A stretch of DNA of 50,016 nucleotides from Octopus bimaculoides (GCF_001194135.2 NC_068981.1:101056942-101106957); one strand, 5' to 3'. Shown: positions 22,304 through 35,549, numbered from the stretch's first letter. Made by a program: numbers and translations. Notes: a model not told the origin generated them from the letters alone.

Positions 22304-23205
22304 GTTAGAAATGGAAGAGAAATGACGATGCAATCAAAACTAATATAAAATTAAAACATGGATCTGTTTCATTGGTCGTTTCAAATAACGGTCTTAGGTA
22401 TGCAATGAACAAAATAAACAAAAGAAATGAATTCAATCTAGATACATCCTATTTTAAAAAATCAAAGAAAACCTTAAATTGAAAGGTGGGTTCAAAATAC
22501 ATATTGTAAATAATTATATTCGAATTATCGCTCAATTAACACATTAAAATTAAAATAAAATTTACGCTGCATTAAAACGAAAAATATATACGCATACTAG
22601 ACTATCTACAACATACATATATACATCAAAATATACAGATGTGTATATACAACTGGTTTGGGTGTATCCCTCAGTGTAGATGTGTCCCCTCGGTTGATTT
22701 CAAGAGGAATCTAGTTAAAATGAACTCTGTTTCGCATGATTTCTTTTTGGTCTTCCTAAATAGAAATGGCAAATTAAGAAATACAGCTTCATTCTTATAG
22801 AAGATCCATAATAAAGATCACATAGAAAAGGAAACAAGTACACAATACAGCAAAAAAGGTATTAAATACTTTTTAGATATGGATATACAAACGCCAACAC
22901 ATACGTGGTCTGGCGCACGTACACTCGCTCGTACAAACGCACATGCACATACAAACGCACATGCACATACAAACGCACATGCACATACAAACACGCACAC
23001 AAGCGTGGTCTGGTGCGCATGCGCTCTCACACAGAATTAAGTAGTTATTAATATAGTCAGTGGTTATTAGTGGTTAATGATATGACATCGCCTGGTGAGA
23101 AGTCACAGATTTTGTGGTGTGGTCCACTGGCTCTGGCTGGAATACTACACCGATGGGGTACACTTAAACTAGTTGTATAGCATCCCACCGACGAGAGATC
23201 GATGC

Positions 23206-23269
23206 TAGATGGACCGAACCAATTGTAGTGATCAATAAAGATTCTCCTATCTTCCGTTTCTCTCATTAA

Positions 23270-23345
<76 letters not shown>

Positions 23346-23419
23346 NNNNNNNNNNTAGATGGACCGAACCAATTGTAGTGATCAATAAAGATTCTCCTAT
23401 CTTCCGTTTCTCTCATTAA

Positions 23420-23500
<81 letters not shown>
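23206..23500. other. Probable assembly artefact: same unique sequence plus (CA)n on both sides of a 10-N gap
   Basis: 23206-23345 is repeated at 23356-23500; the unique part is identical. Confidence 0.8.
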
Positions 23501-23502
<2 letters not shown>

Positions 23503-23725
23503 GATGGCTTGGATCTGTAGTCTATGAGTCACCTTTTTCCTTTCTGGTTTTCAGAAGCCTAATTTCTCAAGATTGGTATTTAGTCAGTGTGTTACATATC
23601 CCAAAGCTCCAGTAATTACAGGTATAAATCTGAACTTGTAATCTGGATTGAGTAACTGCAGATTTCTCAATGGTTCAGCATAAGTATTCTCTTTTTCATT
23701 GATTTTCAGCTTTATATTAACATCT

Positions 23726-23963
23726 TATTTCTTTATTGCCCACAAGAGGCTAAACATAGGGGGAACAAACAAGGACAGACAAAGGTATTAAGTCGATTAC
23801 ATCGACCCCAGTGCGTAACTGGTACTTAATTTATCGACCCCGAAAGGATGAAAGACAAAGTCGACCTCGGTGGAATTTGAACTCAGAACGTAACGGCAGA
23901 CGAAATACCGCTAAGCATTTCGCCCGGCGTGCTAACGTTTCTGCCAGCTCCGCCAGCTCGCTA
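23726..23963 (-). mobile_element. Young SINE family A with perfect 16-bp TSD
   Basis: CTTTATATTAACATCT at 23710-23725 and 23964-23979; small GCCAGCTC duplication at the head. Confidence 0.95.
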
Positions 23964-24129
23964 CTTTATATTAACATCTGCCGGGTAGCTGATTTCCATA
24001 ACTGTACAGAGTTTCTCCTCGCCATCCCAAATTATTACATCAGGTCAAGTGTGTTTGCATTTTATTGAGGTTTTCACTGGAATCTTCTCATTTTTATTAT
24101 GAGTGGCTATGGCTTTCACCATACCGTGA

Positions 24130-25590
24130 GTTCTTATTTCTTTGTTCTCGGGGTAGTTACAACATCATGTTGCATCAGTAGGTAATATTGTAATGACATT
24201 TTCGGACAACTGCTTATGATGTCGGTGATATCTTCTGTGTTAACTCCACATAGTCTGCATCGGTTGTCACATTTTACTGCTTTTCCAGCATCTTTATCCC
24301 TTTCGTGCATCAGGTATTTGATTGATGTTTCCTGTTCCTGGATTGCAAACGCATACCGTTAAAAGTGGGAGCTAGTAATCCAGTTATTGGTCCATGATAG
24401 ACTACTTTGATGATCGATGTTACTATCATCTTGGAGCTTTCTACTAACATATCTATGCATGGTCTTCTGCTCATATACGCTCATTCTTTCATCTGATGAT
24501 ATATTACGGCAGAGCCGTGCGACTTCTTTGGGCATGTATTATCAGACAAGGAATGCAGCTCAAGGAGCTGCCTTCCAAGTCTCATGATGTTATCAGCCTC
24601 ATGTATGCAAACTTGGTCAAGGAATGCTCTTCGACACTTGGTTGTTAAAAGATGTTGCAGAAGGGATATGATACGATATTCGAAAGCTGTTTGGATCGAT
24701 GTTAAGCCTCTGCCGCCTTGTTTCTATTTTAGGCAGAGGTGGTCTACGTCACTGTTGATATGGAAATTATGTGTATCGGTTAGTATCTTTCGGATTTTCA
24801 CATCAATGGCTCGGATTTCATCAAGTGTCCAATGTTGGTATGAGTACTGGCACTGCAGACACATTGTGAACCATTGTTTTATTGAATGCAGAGTTCCGAG
24901 GTTCAAATTTTCTTTATTCGGCTATAATTTCTTTAGTGAAACATGTTTTGTTAGAGGTGTTATTGCAAGATATGTTTTCATCCACTCCTGAACATCTGTA
25001 ACATTCCTTATCAGGTATAGGGGAAACAGTTAAGACATTGATGGGGATGTTGCTAGTCTGGTGTACAGTTTTCCCTCTTTTCACAACCAAATAGCAACAT
25101 TTCTCTTGGCCAAATTTCAGCCCTGTATCCTTTGAGAATGTTGTGACCAGGTCATGGCTCTTTTTCATCTCATGCATATTCTTTCCATATAGTTTCAAGC
25201 CACCCACAAAGAAACAGTATGCAATTTTGGTACTTCTGTTTCCTTGTGAACCAGTGAGATATCCATCAGATTTACTTAACATGGACGACAAAGGGTTTAT
25301 AGAAAGTATAAACCGCATAACAGACAGGCTGTCCCCTTGGAATATACCTCTGTGATACTGTATTCTATCAGTGATAATACAGTCACTCCTAGTGTTTAAT
25401 TTCAAGATGGTGGCCACGGCGAAGCCAGGTCAGCTATGGCTTTGACTATTCTCACAAGAACTTTAGCAAGTTGAAGGGCTTCTAGCATCCATGAGTGAGT
25501 AACAGGGTCAAAGACTTTCTTGTAGTCTAGCCACTTTGGAACTAGGTTCCTTCTATGTTCCCGCACCTCTAACATTACAGTTTTGTTGAA
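24130..25590 (-). pseudogene. Degraded R4/Dong-clade non-LTR retrotransposon: RT through CCHC knuckle
   Basis: WLDYKKVFDPVTHSW; RGIFQGDSLS; LKLY..FSKDTGLKFGQEKC; IRKILT..HINSDVDHL; AFAIQEQE; CRLCGVNTEDITDIISSCPKM. Confidence 0.88.
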
Positions 25591-25607
25591 TAACAAAAAT
25601 GTATGTA

Positions 25608-25649
<42 letters not shown>

Positions 25650-26021
25650 TGTATAAATTTCCGCATGAATAATAGCTATGCTGTGAAAGACGAGCGGGTG
25701 CGCTTGCATGAGGGTGTGAACACGGGTGTGAACAGCAAATAAGTATATATATATGTGTGTATAAATGTCGATGTTGGAACAGCTGTTAATTTAAAGAAAC
25801 GGCCGTCATTTTATACTTGTGTATATTGATTTCTCTCAGAATTATCCTACTATTTTCTTATTTCTTTTTTTCACCACTTCGTCATGGTTAATGATGATGC
25901 GACGTCGTCGGGAATCTAATTAAAGTAGAAATTGATGAGTTACGCTTGAATATATATCAATGTGTTATGTGTAGATGAGTGTCAGTATGTATGGATATAC
26001 ATATATTCATACATACATGCA

Positions 26022-26055
<34 letters not shown>

Positions 26056-26181
26056 CGTACATATACGTACATATACATACATATATATGCATACATATAT
26101 ATAGAACAAGTATAAAGATAAATTTTATTCAACGCATAGATACTGAACAGTATAGATATAAAGGATAAAATCCTTTTCCTT

Positions 26182-26225
<44 letters not shown>

Positions 26226-26668
26226 NNNNNNNNNNNNNNNNNNNNNNNNNNNNNNNNNNNNNNNNNNNNNNNNNNNNNNNNNNNNNNNNNNNNNNNNNNN
26301 NNNNNNNNNNNNNNNNNNNNNNNNNNNNNNNNNNNNNNNNNNNNNNNNNNNNNNNNNNNNNNNNNNNNNNNNNNNNNNNNNNNNNNNNNNNNNNNNNNNN
26401 NNNNNNNNNNNNNNNNNNNNNNNNNNNNNNNNNNNNNNNNNNNNNNNNNNNNNNNNNNNNNNNNNNNNNNNNNNNNNNNNNNNNNNNNNNNNNNNNNNNN
26501 NNNNNNNNNNNNNNNNNNNNNNNNNNNNNNNNNNNNNNNNNNNNNNNNNNNNNNNNNNNNNNNNNNNNNNNNNNNNNNNNNNNNNNNNNNNNNNNNNNNN
26601 NNNNNNNNNNNNNNNNNNNNNNNNNNNNNNNNNNNNNNNNNNNNNNNNNNNNNNNNNNNNNNNNNNNN

Positions 26669-26704
<36 letters not shown>

Positions 26705-28199
26705 CAAATAATAAGACAAGGAAATTCTTTAACACATCTATAGTGATTCGTTACGATTGTTTCTGTACCAACACTGTACCAACGCGAGTTTACGCAAACA
26801 TTCGAAGTGGAAATTTACGTAATGTTTGCGGTTTTAGACATTAGAGTGACATTTCGTCAGACTTGCATCAAAGGTATAATATTAAATTAACAAATGATAT
26901 ATTAACCTTTCAGTAACAATGATTGATACTTTGCAGCTTTGTTGTTGTTGTTGTTGTTGTTGATGATGATGATGTTGCTACTGCTGCTGTTGGTGTTTTA
27001 TTTAGCCTTAGTCATTTCTGATTATAGAAACCTATGATCAAAAACATTCTAACCAAGATCTTTCCGAAGTTTTAGAGGTATATGATTATGTTATTTCATG
27101 TTTCCTGTATTTCAGTCGGTAGTGTGTGATTTGAAAGTATTTGTCTACTAAATCTAGTAGGTCAAGTAACCACACACAGGCTCTCTCGTCGACTTTCTTA
27201 ATATCTGTGGATGATACTTTTTATATAGGTTTAGCACTAACATTCCAAACATTGAATCTCGTATAACACTGTGTAACACGATTTTTGTTCTCGGGTAGCA
27301 GCTGTTATCTCCTAATTGCTTACCCCTAGAAAGTATGAAAAATGGCTAATATTTCCTTCAAATTTTGTTTTTGCTACATTTATTCAAACTCCAAAGAATC
27401 CTTCACAATACTTGCTTACGATACTCCTCCACTACTTCTGCCCGTGATTAAAGATGCACATATTGTCAGTCACTAAGGAACAAGCTCAAGTGGTTTAGGT
27501 CAAACAACTGACAAGCAAATCTGAGGTATTAAGCAGAATATTTGTTATAACAATATTTCTGCTTCACCAACTCAGTGCTGAAATGCAATGCAAAATAGGT
27601 GAGTTTCAAAACATTGATGTCCAGGTCACAAAAGCAAAGTTCGAAGAGAATAGTAGTCATAGAAGCAAATTGGAAATAACATTTACTGACCAAAGGCAAA
27701 AAATAAAAATAAATAACAATGTTACGCGATATCATCCACTTTAATTTTGAGCAGGAACTTCAAATTCCTGCGGATATTAGACTAGATTACTGGGCGGTCC
27801 TATTTCACAGTACCTGTCAAGTCACATCGTATTAAAACAATAGTGCAGGGTAAATGGTATGCGGTATTAAAGAGACATCTAATGGGTGGACAATATCAAA
27901 ACTTTTGTGGTTCACTGCACTGCCTGAAGTATTCTCAACAAAAACCGATAAAGATTGTTCTTAAAACACTATATCTTTTAACGCATGTGTGAAACACACG
28001 ATGAGACATTAAGCGGATCACCTTAACGCGGCGATATTAACAACAGACTAAACATAGTTACAGTAATTCCTGGGGCAACAGCTCTCATTGTGGTCATTTC
28101 AAACAACCTGACAGCCATTATTTTGATGGAGATGAAAATAAGCATCTGGTCACTAACAGCAGTGACATGTGCAACAGTAGTACAGTGCACAGTACAGTA

Positions 28200-28416
28200 T
28201 TGGCTTCAAATTTTTTAACAAGGCCAGCAATTTCGGGAGAGATGTTAAGTCGATTATATCGACCCCAGTTCTCAACTGGTACTTATTTTATCGACCTCGA
28301 AAGGATGAAAGGCAAAGTCGACATCAGCAGAATTTAAAGTCAGAACGTAAAGTCAGACGAAATGCCGCTAAGCATTTCGCCCGGCGCAGTAAAGATTCTG
28401 CTAGCTCACCGCCTTT
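28200..28416 (-). mobile_element. SINE family A with 9-bp TSD
   Basis: AGTACAGTA at 28191-28199 and 28417-28425. Confidence 0.92.
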
Positions 28417-29811
28417 AGTACAGTACTAATAAATGTGTATCATTTGTACTAATGCACAGGCATTTGTATTTCATTTATTTAAATAAAGTTACTATTTGTT
28501 TAGTTTAGAGGTGACCACTTCGGAAAAATCAGTAATCTGCAAAAACACTGGAGCCAAATTTTCGGAAAATCGATGTTGTACCGATATATAAAAATATTCG
28601 ATCTTTCAGTATTTGAAATCTTGGCTAAAACCCTTATTGTATGAAGGAACATATCTTACATTAGAATTATTGTAATGTGCCTGTTGTTTAGTTATTCAAG
28701 GAAAGAATGTTCTGGAAGACACCTTATGTTAAGTACAATGCTTTTTATTTGTCCTCAATTATGAAATGCCTTACTTGTCTGCTTTTTAATGTCTTTTGTC
28801 TTTATTCTTTGCTGTTTACCATGATATATATATATATATATATGTATATGCGCAGAGGTTTGCATTCAGTAAACAGTAACAAAATCCATTTTTCAATTAT
28901 TATGTAAACTTAAGGTCTAAACTTGTTTTGCTTCATTACAAATTTTATTGTTTGTACATTATGAAATATGATCTCTAGCATAATACTTTATGTAATAATT
29001 ATTTTGTAATTATTTTTTCTGGCACCTTTCTTTTATTGTCGGGAGTAATGTTTAGTACCCTAAAATGCATTGCAACTTCACTATTCATAATCAACAATCA
29101 GTCAACCCAACAAAGGATCCTCTATATAGACGCTCAAACGTTCAGAAATAACAGTTACATCTCTTACAAATCACCTTTAACATGTTAAATAATGAATGGG
29201 CACATAATATAATGTAGCCCTACATACATCTATAAAGATTAGATGACGACGGTTGCAGTACCTTTCATTATAAGTTTGCTCGATGAAGGTAACTTAGGTC
29301 TAAACAACAAACAACGGCAGTATTTCTCAATAGCAGATTAGTCAAAGTTTTTTTTAATTCTCTCACAGGAATAACATAAATAAAAAGGAATTAGCCATAG
29401 CCCGAAATCGAAGACAAGTTACAGTATTGATTTTCAGATACATTTACAATATTCACTCTTATCAGTAGATGTAACAAATCATACAAGTACTTTGTATCGA
29501 AAATGTACCAATCGAAAGAATAACCTCAAAAGTCTTTACATGATATACAACCATGTAAATACACATCTCGATTTGGAGGCGTAAATTGTCTTAAAAACCA
29601 ATAACAATGTGTGTATAACACTATGCTGCTCAGCTGCTACAAGAGCAGATGATTCTCTGTAAACCAAAACACTTAATTTTATATAAAATGTATTGATATG
29701 TAATAAAAACAAATAATAATCTGGTCTTGATAAAAATAGGTGTGGAAAACTTTGTAATTCAATATCACATCTTAGACACGCCTTTGATTTTTAATATTGA
29801 TTTAGGTGTAA

Positions 29812-30018
29812 AGCCTGCGAGCTGGCAGAAACGTTAGCACGCCGGGCGAAATGCTTAGCGGTATTTCGTCTGCCGTTATGTTCAATTCCGCCGAGGTCGA
29901 CTTTGCCTTTCATCCTTTCGGGGTCGATAAATTAAGTACCAGTCGCGTAATGGGGTTGATCTAATCGATTGCCCCCCACTCCCCAAAAATTTCTGGCCTT
30001 GTGCCTAGAGTAGAAAAG
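29812..30018 (+). mobile_element. SINE family A with 19-bp TSD
   Basis: AATATTGATTTAGGTGTAA 29793-29811 vs AATATTGATTTGGGTGTAA 30019-30037 (18/19). Confidence 0.95.
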
Positions 30019-30062
30019 AATATTGATTTGGGTGTAACAATATACGCATTATACATGGATTT

Positions 30063-30400
30063 GTATAGTATAGCTCAGTGGTTAGAGCGTCGGGCTCACA
30101 ATCATGAGGTAGTGAGTTTGATTCCCGGACCGGGCTGTGTGTTGTGTTCTTGAGCAAGACTCTTTATTTCCCGTTGCTCCAGTTCACTCAGCTGTAGAAA
30201 TGAATTGTGATGTCACTGGTGCCAAATTGTATCAGCCTTTGCCTTTCCCTTGGATAACCTCGGTGGTATGGAGAGGGGAGGCTGGTATGCATGAGTGACT
30301 GCTGGTCTTCCATTAACAACTTTGCCCGGACTTGTGCCTCAGAGGGGAACTTTCTAGGTGCAACCTCATGGTCATTAATGACCGAAGGGAGTCTTTACGC
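30063..30400 (+). mobile_element. Near full-length tRNA-derived SINE family B
   Basis: TAGCTCAGTGGTTAGAGCG (A box), GAGTTTGATTCCC (B box), then TTGAGCAAGAC..GCTCCAGTTCACTCAGCTG; degenerate relatives at 31978-32075 (-) and 41572-41705 (+). Confidence 0.88.
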
Positions 30401-30498
30401 TTTGTACGGTAACCTAAATGGAGTGCATTTAGGACAAGTTAGTCTCTAGCTGGTGTAATTTCTCTGACTACGTGGCCGTATTTGAATGATAATAACAA

Positions 30499-30616
30499 TA
30501 ATCCTTTCTACTATAGACACAAGGCCTAAAATTTTGGGAGTGGGGGCTAGTCGATTACATCGACCCCAGTGTTCGACTGGTATTTATTTCCTCGACTCCG
30601 AAAGGATGAAAGGCAG
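30499..30616 (-). mobile_element. 5'-truncated SINE family A (core and tail only)
   Basis: ATCCTTTCTACTATAGACACAAGGCC..GTCGATTACATCGACCCCAGTG..GAAAGGATGAAAGGCA. Confidence 0.88.
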
Positions 30617-30659
30617 CACAAGATAAAAAAGAGTAAACAACACATTTTGAAGTCCAGTT

Positions 30660-31480
30660 CATGAAAAACGAAAGTTTGTAATGCACTCAAGTAATTTTTC
30701 AAATGAATTACTGTTTTCATATCTCCTGCGCCACATAAACACGCAGAGATATTAGCCAATAATAGAACGGTGAGTGCTACAGCGTCGTTTATTACCTCGC
30801 TTTACAGAGACCGGTGTACTTTCCACTTGTTGCGTGTGGGTAACATCGCTGTGGTTCACCGGTTTATGTTCAAAATTATAACCAACAATTTCAGGAATGT
30901 GAGAGTACGCCCTCCACGAATTGCTGAAAATTGAGGTTGCTGGAAGAATTGACTTCTGTATGCATTCCTCCAGTGCGTCGCGATACCGACATGGCACCGC
31001 ATAAAGAAAATCCTGTCTGGTCTCGCGACACACTCCTCCGAAAACCCGCTGCTCAAATAGGACCCTTCCTCGGTTGTACTTACGTCTTGAGAAAACTGTT
31101 TCGTCTGTCTCAACAATCTTCTCAGGACCGCCGTTCTTAACTGTGTTTCGAAGTAGGTCCTCCGCACGCATCTCTCGAAACTAGCTATCGTAATCAACAG
31201 TTGTGCAATGGCTCATCCCCAGTTCTTCAACACAAAATCGGAGTGACGCTAATTCCTTGACCCATAATTAAATGAAAAGCAGTACAGTCCTAAGAGGAAG
31301 GGTGCCACCTTATAACTCCGTATTTTTTCTTACTGACACAGACTCCTTGCATCTTTTGCGGGAGCACCGCCAGTAAATGTTTCCACACGATTTTTTTTCG
31401 TTCATACAATGTTTTTCTTTCTTTGCATAATTTTCTTCAAGTGCTAACACCCTACTTTTGCAAGTAGGAAACCGCATCCG
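30660..31480 (-). pseudogene. Merlin (IS1016/IS1595-related, ISXO2-like DDE) transposase, degraded
   Basis: WRCSRKRCKESVSVRKNT; EELGMSHCTTVD; GGPEKIVETDETVFSRRKYNRGR..VFGG.CRET; SNSWRAY; VNHS..HTQQVES; YLCVFMWRRRY; TIRs not found. Confidence 0.9.
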
Positions 31481-31539
31481 TTTAAGAAAGGTTACATGAG
31501 CTGACTGCAGTCATAATAACAAAATATTCGTTGGGGCAA

Positions 31540-31690
31540 GAAAAACACAACGTACACAACGTAAAATATCCGAAAGTGCAACGAAAAATATCCAAAAACA
31601 GCAAGAGGTGGGTATCAAAAATGCAACGTAAAATATCCAAAACAACAACAGTTGAGTACAAGCAGGAAAACACAACGTAAAATATCAATT
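31540..31690. repeat. Short repeats upstream of the Merlin ORF, including one 45-bp satellite monomer
   Basis: CAACGTAAAATATC or a close variant occurs four times; 31586-31642 matches the array at 35550-35834. Confidence 0.85.
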
Positions 31691-32639
31691 TGTAAACACA
31701 CGTAGTTTTTCGTAAACACATATGGTTTATACAGGCGTGTTCCAACGTTTGGCTTGTTACTATGGAAACAGGCATCTATATGTCTGTGGCTTTTGATTGA
31801 CTAAAAATTACCCAAAATTTTCAAACTTTAAATGCTATTAACTGCTTATTTATTGATTTATGGCGAAAATGAATTTCATGTCAATAAAGAACATACAAAA
31901 CTACATCAATACACCAAATTTGAAATCAATTGAAATAAAATTGAAAAAATTGAAAAGTGGCAGCCAAACAGAAAAAATCCGCTGAGTGAACTGGAGAAAC
32001 ACAAAATGAAGCGTTTTTGCTCAACGCACCACCCTGTCTGGGAGTCGAAACTTGGATGCCTTTAACAGTGTTCAATTTAATGCAGATATCTAGATCTGTT
32101 ATTTGTTTCCCATTCTGCTCCCTATCTTCTTTCTTTTTTTTTTTTTTTTTTTTTTTTTTNNNNNNNNNNNNNNNNNNNNNNNNNNNNNNNNNNNNNNNNN
32201 NNNNNNNNNNNNNNNNNNNNNNNNNNNNNNNNNNNNNNNNNNNNNNNNNNNNNNNNNNNNNNNNNNNNNNNNNNNNNNNNNNNNNNNNNNNNNNNNNNNN
32301 NNNNNNNNNNNNNNNNNNNNNNNNNNNNNNNNNNNNNNNNNNNNNNNNNNNNNNNNNNNNNNNNNNNNNNNNNNNNNNNNNNNNNNNNNNNNNNNNNNNN
32401 NNNNNNNNNNNNNNNNNNNNNNNNNNNNNNNNNNNNNNNNNNNNNNNNNNNNNNNNNNNNNNNNNNNNNNNNNNNNNNNNNNNNNNNNNNNNNNNNNNNN
32501 NNNNNNNNNNNNNNNNNNNNNNNNNNNNNNNNNNNNNNNNNNNNNNNNNNNNNNNNNNNNNNNNNNNNNNNNNNNNNNNNNNNNNNNNNNNNNNNNNNNN
32601 NNNNNNNNNNNNNNNNNNNNNNNNNNNNNNNNNNNNNNN

Positions 32640-32731
32640 ATAAACACTCACAACGCCCGGTCTGGGAATCGAAACCTTGATCCTATGAGCGCGAGTCCGC
32701 TGCCCTAACCACTGGGCCATTGCGCCTCCAC
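32640..32731 (-). mobile_element. SINE family C head; remainder in gap
   Basis: Aligns to 8712-8802. Confidence 0.9.
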
Positions 32732-32767
32732 TCTATCAGATACACGTTTGATAAAGAATGGGGTCAT

Positions 32768-32980
32768 GGCGGCGAGTTGGCAGAATCGTTAGCACGCCAG
32801 GCGAAATACTTAGCGGTATTTCATCCGTCTTTACGTTCTGAGTTCAAATTCCACCGAAGTCGACTTCGCGTTTCATCCTTTTGGGATCGATAACATAAGT
32901 AGCAGTCGAGCACTGGGGTTGATGTAAAAGCACTATTCCTTTCACCCGAATTTGCTGGCTTTGTGCCAAAATATGAAACC
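32768..32980 (+). mobile_element. SINE family A
   Basis: GGCGGCGAGTTGGCAGAATCGTTAGCACGCC..GTTCTGAGTTCAAATTCC..GCTTTGTGCCAAAATATGAAACC. Confidence 0.92.
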
Positions 32981-33483
32981 GATAGAGAGTGCGGTCTGCC
33001 ATATTTATTAGTTTCGTAAAGTACAATATAAGACACAAAATACAAAGTAACATATAAATGAATAAAATAAATAAATAAATAAAAGGGACATGTGTATTTG
33101 TAATGGTCGTCAAATACAGAAATGTAGGAAACATGCTGTGCCGAAATCGTCACTTATTTGTTACAACAACGTCGGTAACGATAATGGTGAAACAAATAAT
33201 AAAAATAAAGACAACGCATCAACGATAGCAATAACAACAAAAACGACAACAAAAAAATTACAAAGAAACATACATATATATATATATATAAATAAAAAAG
33301 AAATCTAACAACAAACTATAAGAAACTATTAACGAACTTACTAACCAACAAACAAACAATGTACGGTTCTCTTTCACCGCTGTCATCACCACCGCCATTA
33401 TCACCACTTCACTGAGAGAACAGTCAGATCACTTTACATAGAGTACAGACATGCTGTGGTGGAGAAGAGAAGTAGGATGACAC

Positions 33484-33528
<45 letters not shown>

Positions 33529-33538
33529 NNNNNNNNNN

Positions 33539-33578
<40 letters not shown>

Positions 33579-33883
33579 ACACGCATACTCCAGCACACGC
33601 GCACTCCCATACACGTGGTGCGCGTGCGTAACTGTAGACGTCAAGAGACATTAAAGACAGGATATAGCGCATGACGGGTATGAAGAAAATTAAAAGGGAG
33701 CAAGCTGAGGAGGGTTTTGGTATGAAGAATTAATAAATTTCTGCTTATTTCTCTCTCTCTCTCTCTCTCTCTCCGTCTCTCTATCTGTCTCTCGTTTTCT
33801 TACTCTCTCTTGTTATTGTTCTTGTTGCTCTTGTCCTCACTTAATCTTTCTACATCGTCTACAACAACAACGTCAACAATAAT

Positions 33884-34078
33884 AATCCTTTCTATTATAG
33901 ACACAAGGCCTGAAATTTAAAGGGAGGGGACTAGTCGTTTTCCGTCGACCTCAGTGTTCAACTGGTACTTAACTTTTCACCACGCGAGGATGAAAGGCAA
34001 AGTCAACTTCCGCAGAATTTGAACTCAGAACGTAAAGACGGAGAAAATGCAGCTGAGCATTTTACCCGGCATGCTAAC
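33884..34078 (-). mobile_element. SINE family A; head end in gap
   Basis: ATCCTTTCTATTATAGACACAAGGCC..GGATGAAAGGCAAAGTC..GAATTTGAACTCAGAACG. Confidence 0.9.
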
Positions 34079-34292
34079 NNNNNNNNNNNNNNNNNNNNNN
34101 NNNNNNNNNNNNNNNNNNNNNNNNNNNNNNNNNNNNNNNNNNNNNNNNNNNNNNNNNNNNNNNNNNNNNNNNNNNNNNNNNNNNNNNNNNNNNNNNNNNN
34201 NNNNNNNNNNNNNNNNNNNNNNNNNNNNNNNNNNNNNNNNNNNNNNNNNNNNNNNNNNNNNNNNNNNNNNNNNNNNNNNNNNNNNNNNNNNN

Positions 34293-34379
<87 letters not shown>
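34293..34379. repeat. (CAA)n microsatellite abutting a LINE fragment
   Basis: Visible directly. Confidence 0.95.
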
Positions 34380-34380
<1 letters not shown>

Positions 34381-35140
34381 ATAGACAAAATAAAATTCCA
34401 ACAATGGCTGCGAAGCTCAGGACTCAAAGCAGAGACTGAAGGATTTTTAATTGCAGCACAAGATCTAAGCCTCACCACCAGAAACACATAATGAAGAAAA
34501 ATACAAGTAATTGCAGAATATGTGGTGACGGGGGAGAAACACTAAATCATATTGTCTTTAGCTGCCCAGTCCTTGCTCAGAAGGAATATATCCACAGAAC
34601 ATGACAGAATTGGGACCTATATACACTGGAAGTTTTGCCAACACTATGGAATGTAAACAGAAAAAAAGATGATATAGACACACGCCAGAAAAGGTCTCAG
34701 AAAATGACAAAGCAACCATATTCTGGGATATGCCAATACATACAGATAGAGAAATCAAGGCTAATAGACTAGACATAGTTGTCAGAGATCACCAAGAAAA
34801 AATGCCTTCTAATCGATACATCAATACCAACAGATGACAATGTATCTCTAAAAGAAAAGGAAAAAACTCTCAACATAGAGGTAACCCGAATGTGGAGCCT
34901 AAAAACAAACAATCCCTATAATAATAAGTGCAATAGGTATGATTAAAACACATTCAAACAAATACATAGCCAAAACATCAGGACTTACGAATGTCTATAA
35001 CATACAGAAAATAGCACTACTAGGCACTGCGCACATCCTACGCAAAGCACTTTCAATACAGTGAAAATAAGAGCACCACAACAAGCTACACTACTTACCC
35101 AAGGTACACACAGCTGTGCACGGTAGTGCAGTGAAAGCAC
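34380..35140 (+). pseudogene. R4/Dong-clade LINE C-terminus: CCHC knuckle, restriction-like endonuclease region and start of 3' UTR
   Basis: WLRSSGLKAETEGFLIAAQD; CRICGDGGETLNHIVFSCP; ILWDMPIHTDREIKANRLDIVV; IDTSIP; IALLGTAHILRKALSIQ*; frameshifted. Confidence 0.88.
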
Positions 35141-35378
35141 TGTCCCCCTGGAAGATTCCTTTCTTGGTTTTCACCTCTCATAATACCTGATTCCCTGCTG
35201 TCAATTCAGTTCTTCAACATTTCATACTCATGTTTTCTGCTACTTCATACATTTCCACGGTTCTTGTTATCCAGGTATGTGATATCATATCGTATGCTTT
35301 ACAATAATCAATCCATGCCAAGATCAGGTTTGTGTGTATTCTCTTGCAGTCTCCGATAATTAGATTATCAATTAACAG
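35141..35378 (-). pseudogene. Inverted R4-clade RT fragment
   Basis: [37 protein letters not shown]...KKGIFQGD by manual translation. Confidence 0.85.
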
Positions 35379-35489
35379 TTTATTTTCCGTTCCCCGGCTC
35401 TTCTTTCGGCACCCTTTCTGTTTAATATATAGCAGCCCACTTTTTCTAAGTCTCTATACAGTTTATTCAGTAGTTTTATTTTTATCACG

Positions 35490-35548
35490 TGCTTTTATCC
35501 TTTCAGGGTCGATAAAATAAGTACCAGTCGAACACTAGAGTCGATGTA
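35490..35548 (+). mobile_element. SINE family A core fragment running into the satellite
   Basis: GCTTTTATCCTTTCAGGGTCGATAAAATAAGTACCAGTCGAACACT.GAGTCGATGTAA. Confidence 0.8.
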
Positions 35549-35549
35549 A

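Noticed and set aside
22720-22810. Possible PLE endonuclease C-terminal remnant upstream of the 22258 hammerhead
   Set aside because: Only a vague resemblance (ETEFI); not supportable without a search
23206-23500. Real tandem duplication around a (CA)n tract
   Set aside because: Identical unique sequence on both sides of a nominal 10-N gap is typical of unmerged contig overlap
27230-27560. Sequence that feels like a common cephalopod interspersed repeat
   Set aside because: Single copy here; recognition rests on memory only
30063-30135. tRNA genes at SINE heads (also 8730-8802, 32660-32731, 42535-42600)
   Set aside because: A/B boxes run into shared SINE bodies and tails; no clean acceptor stem
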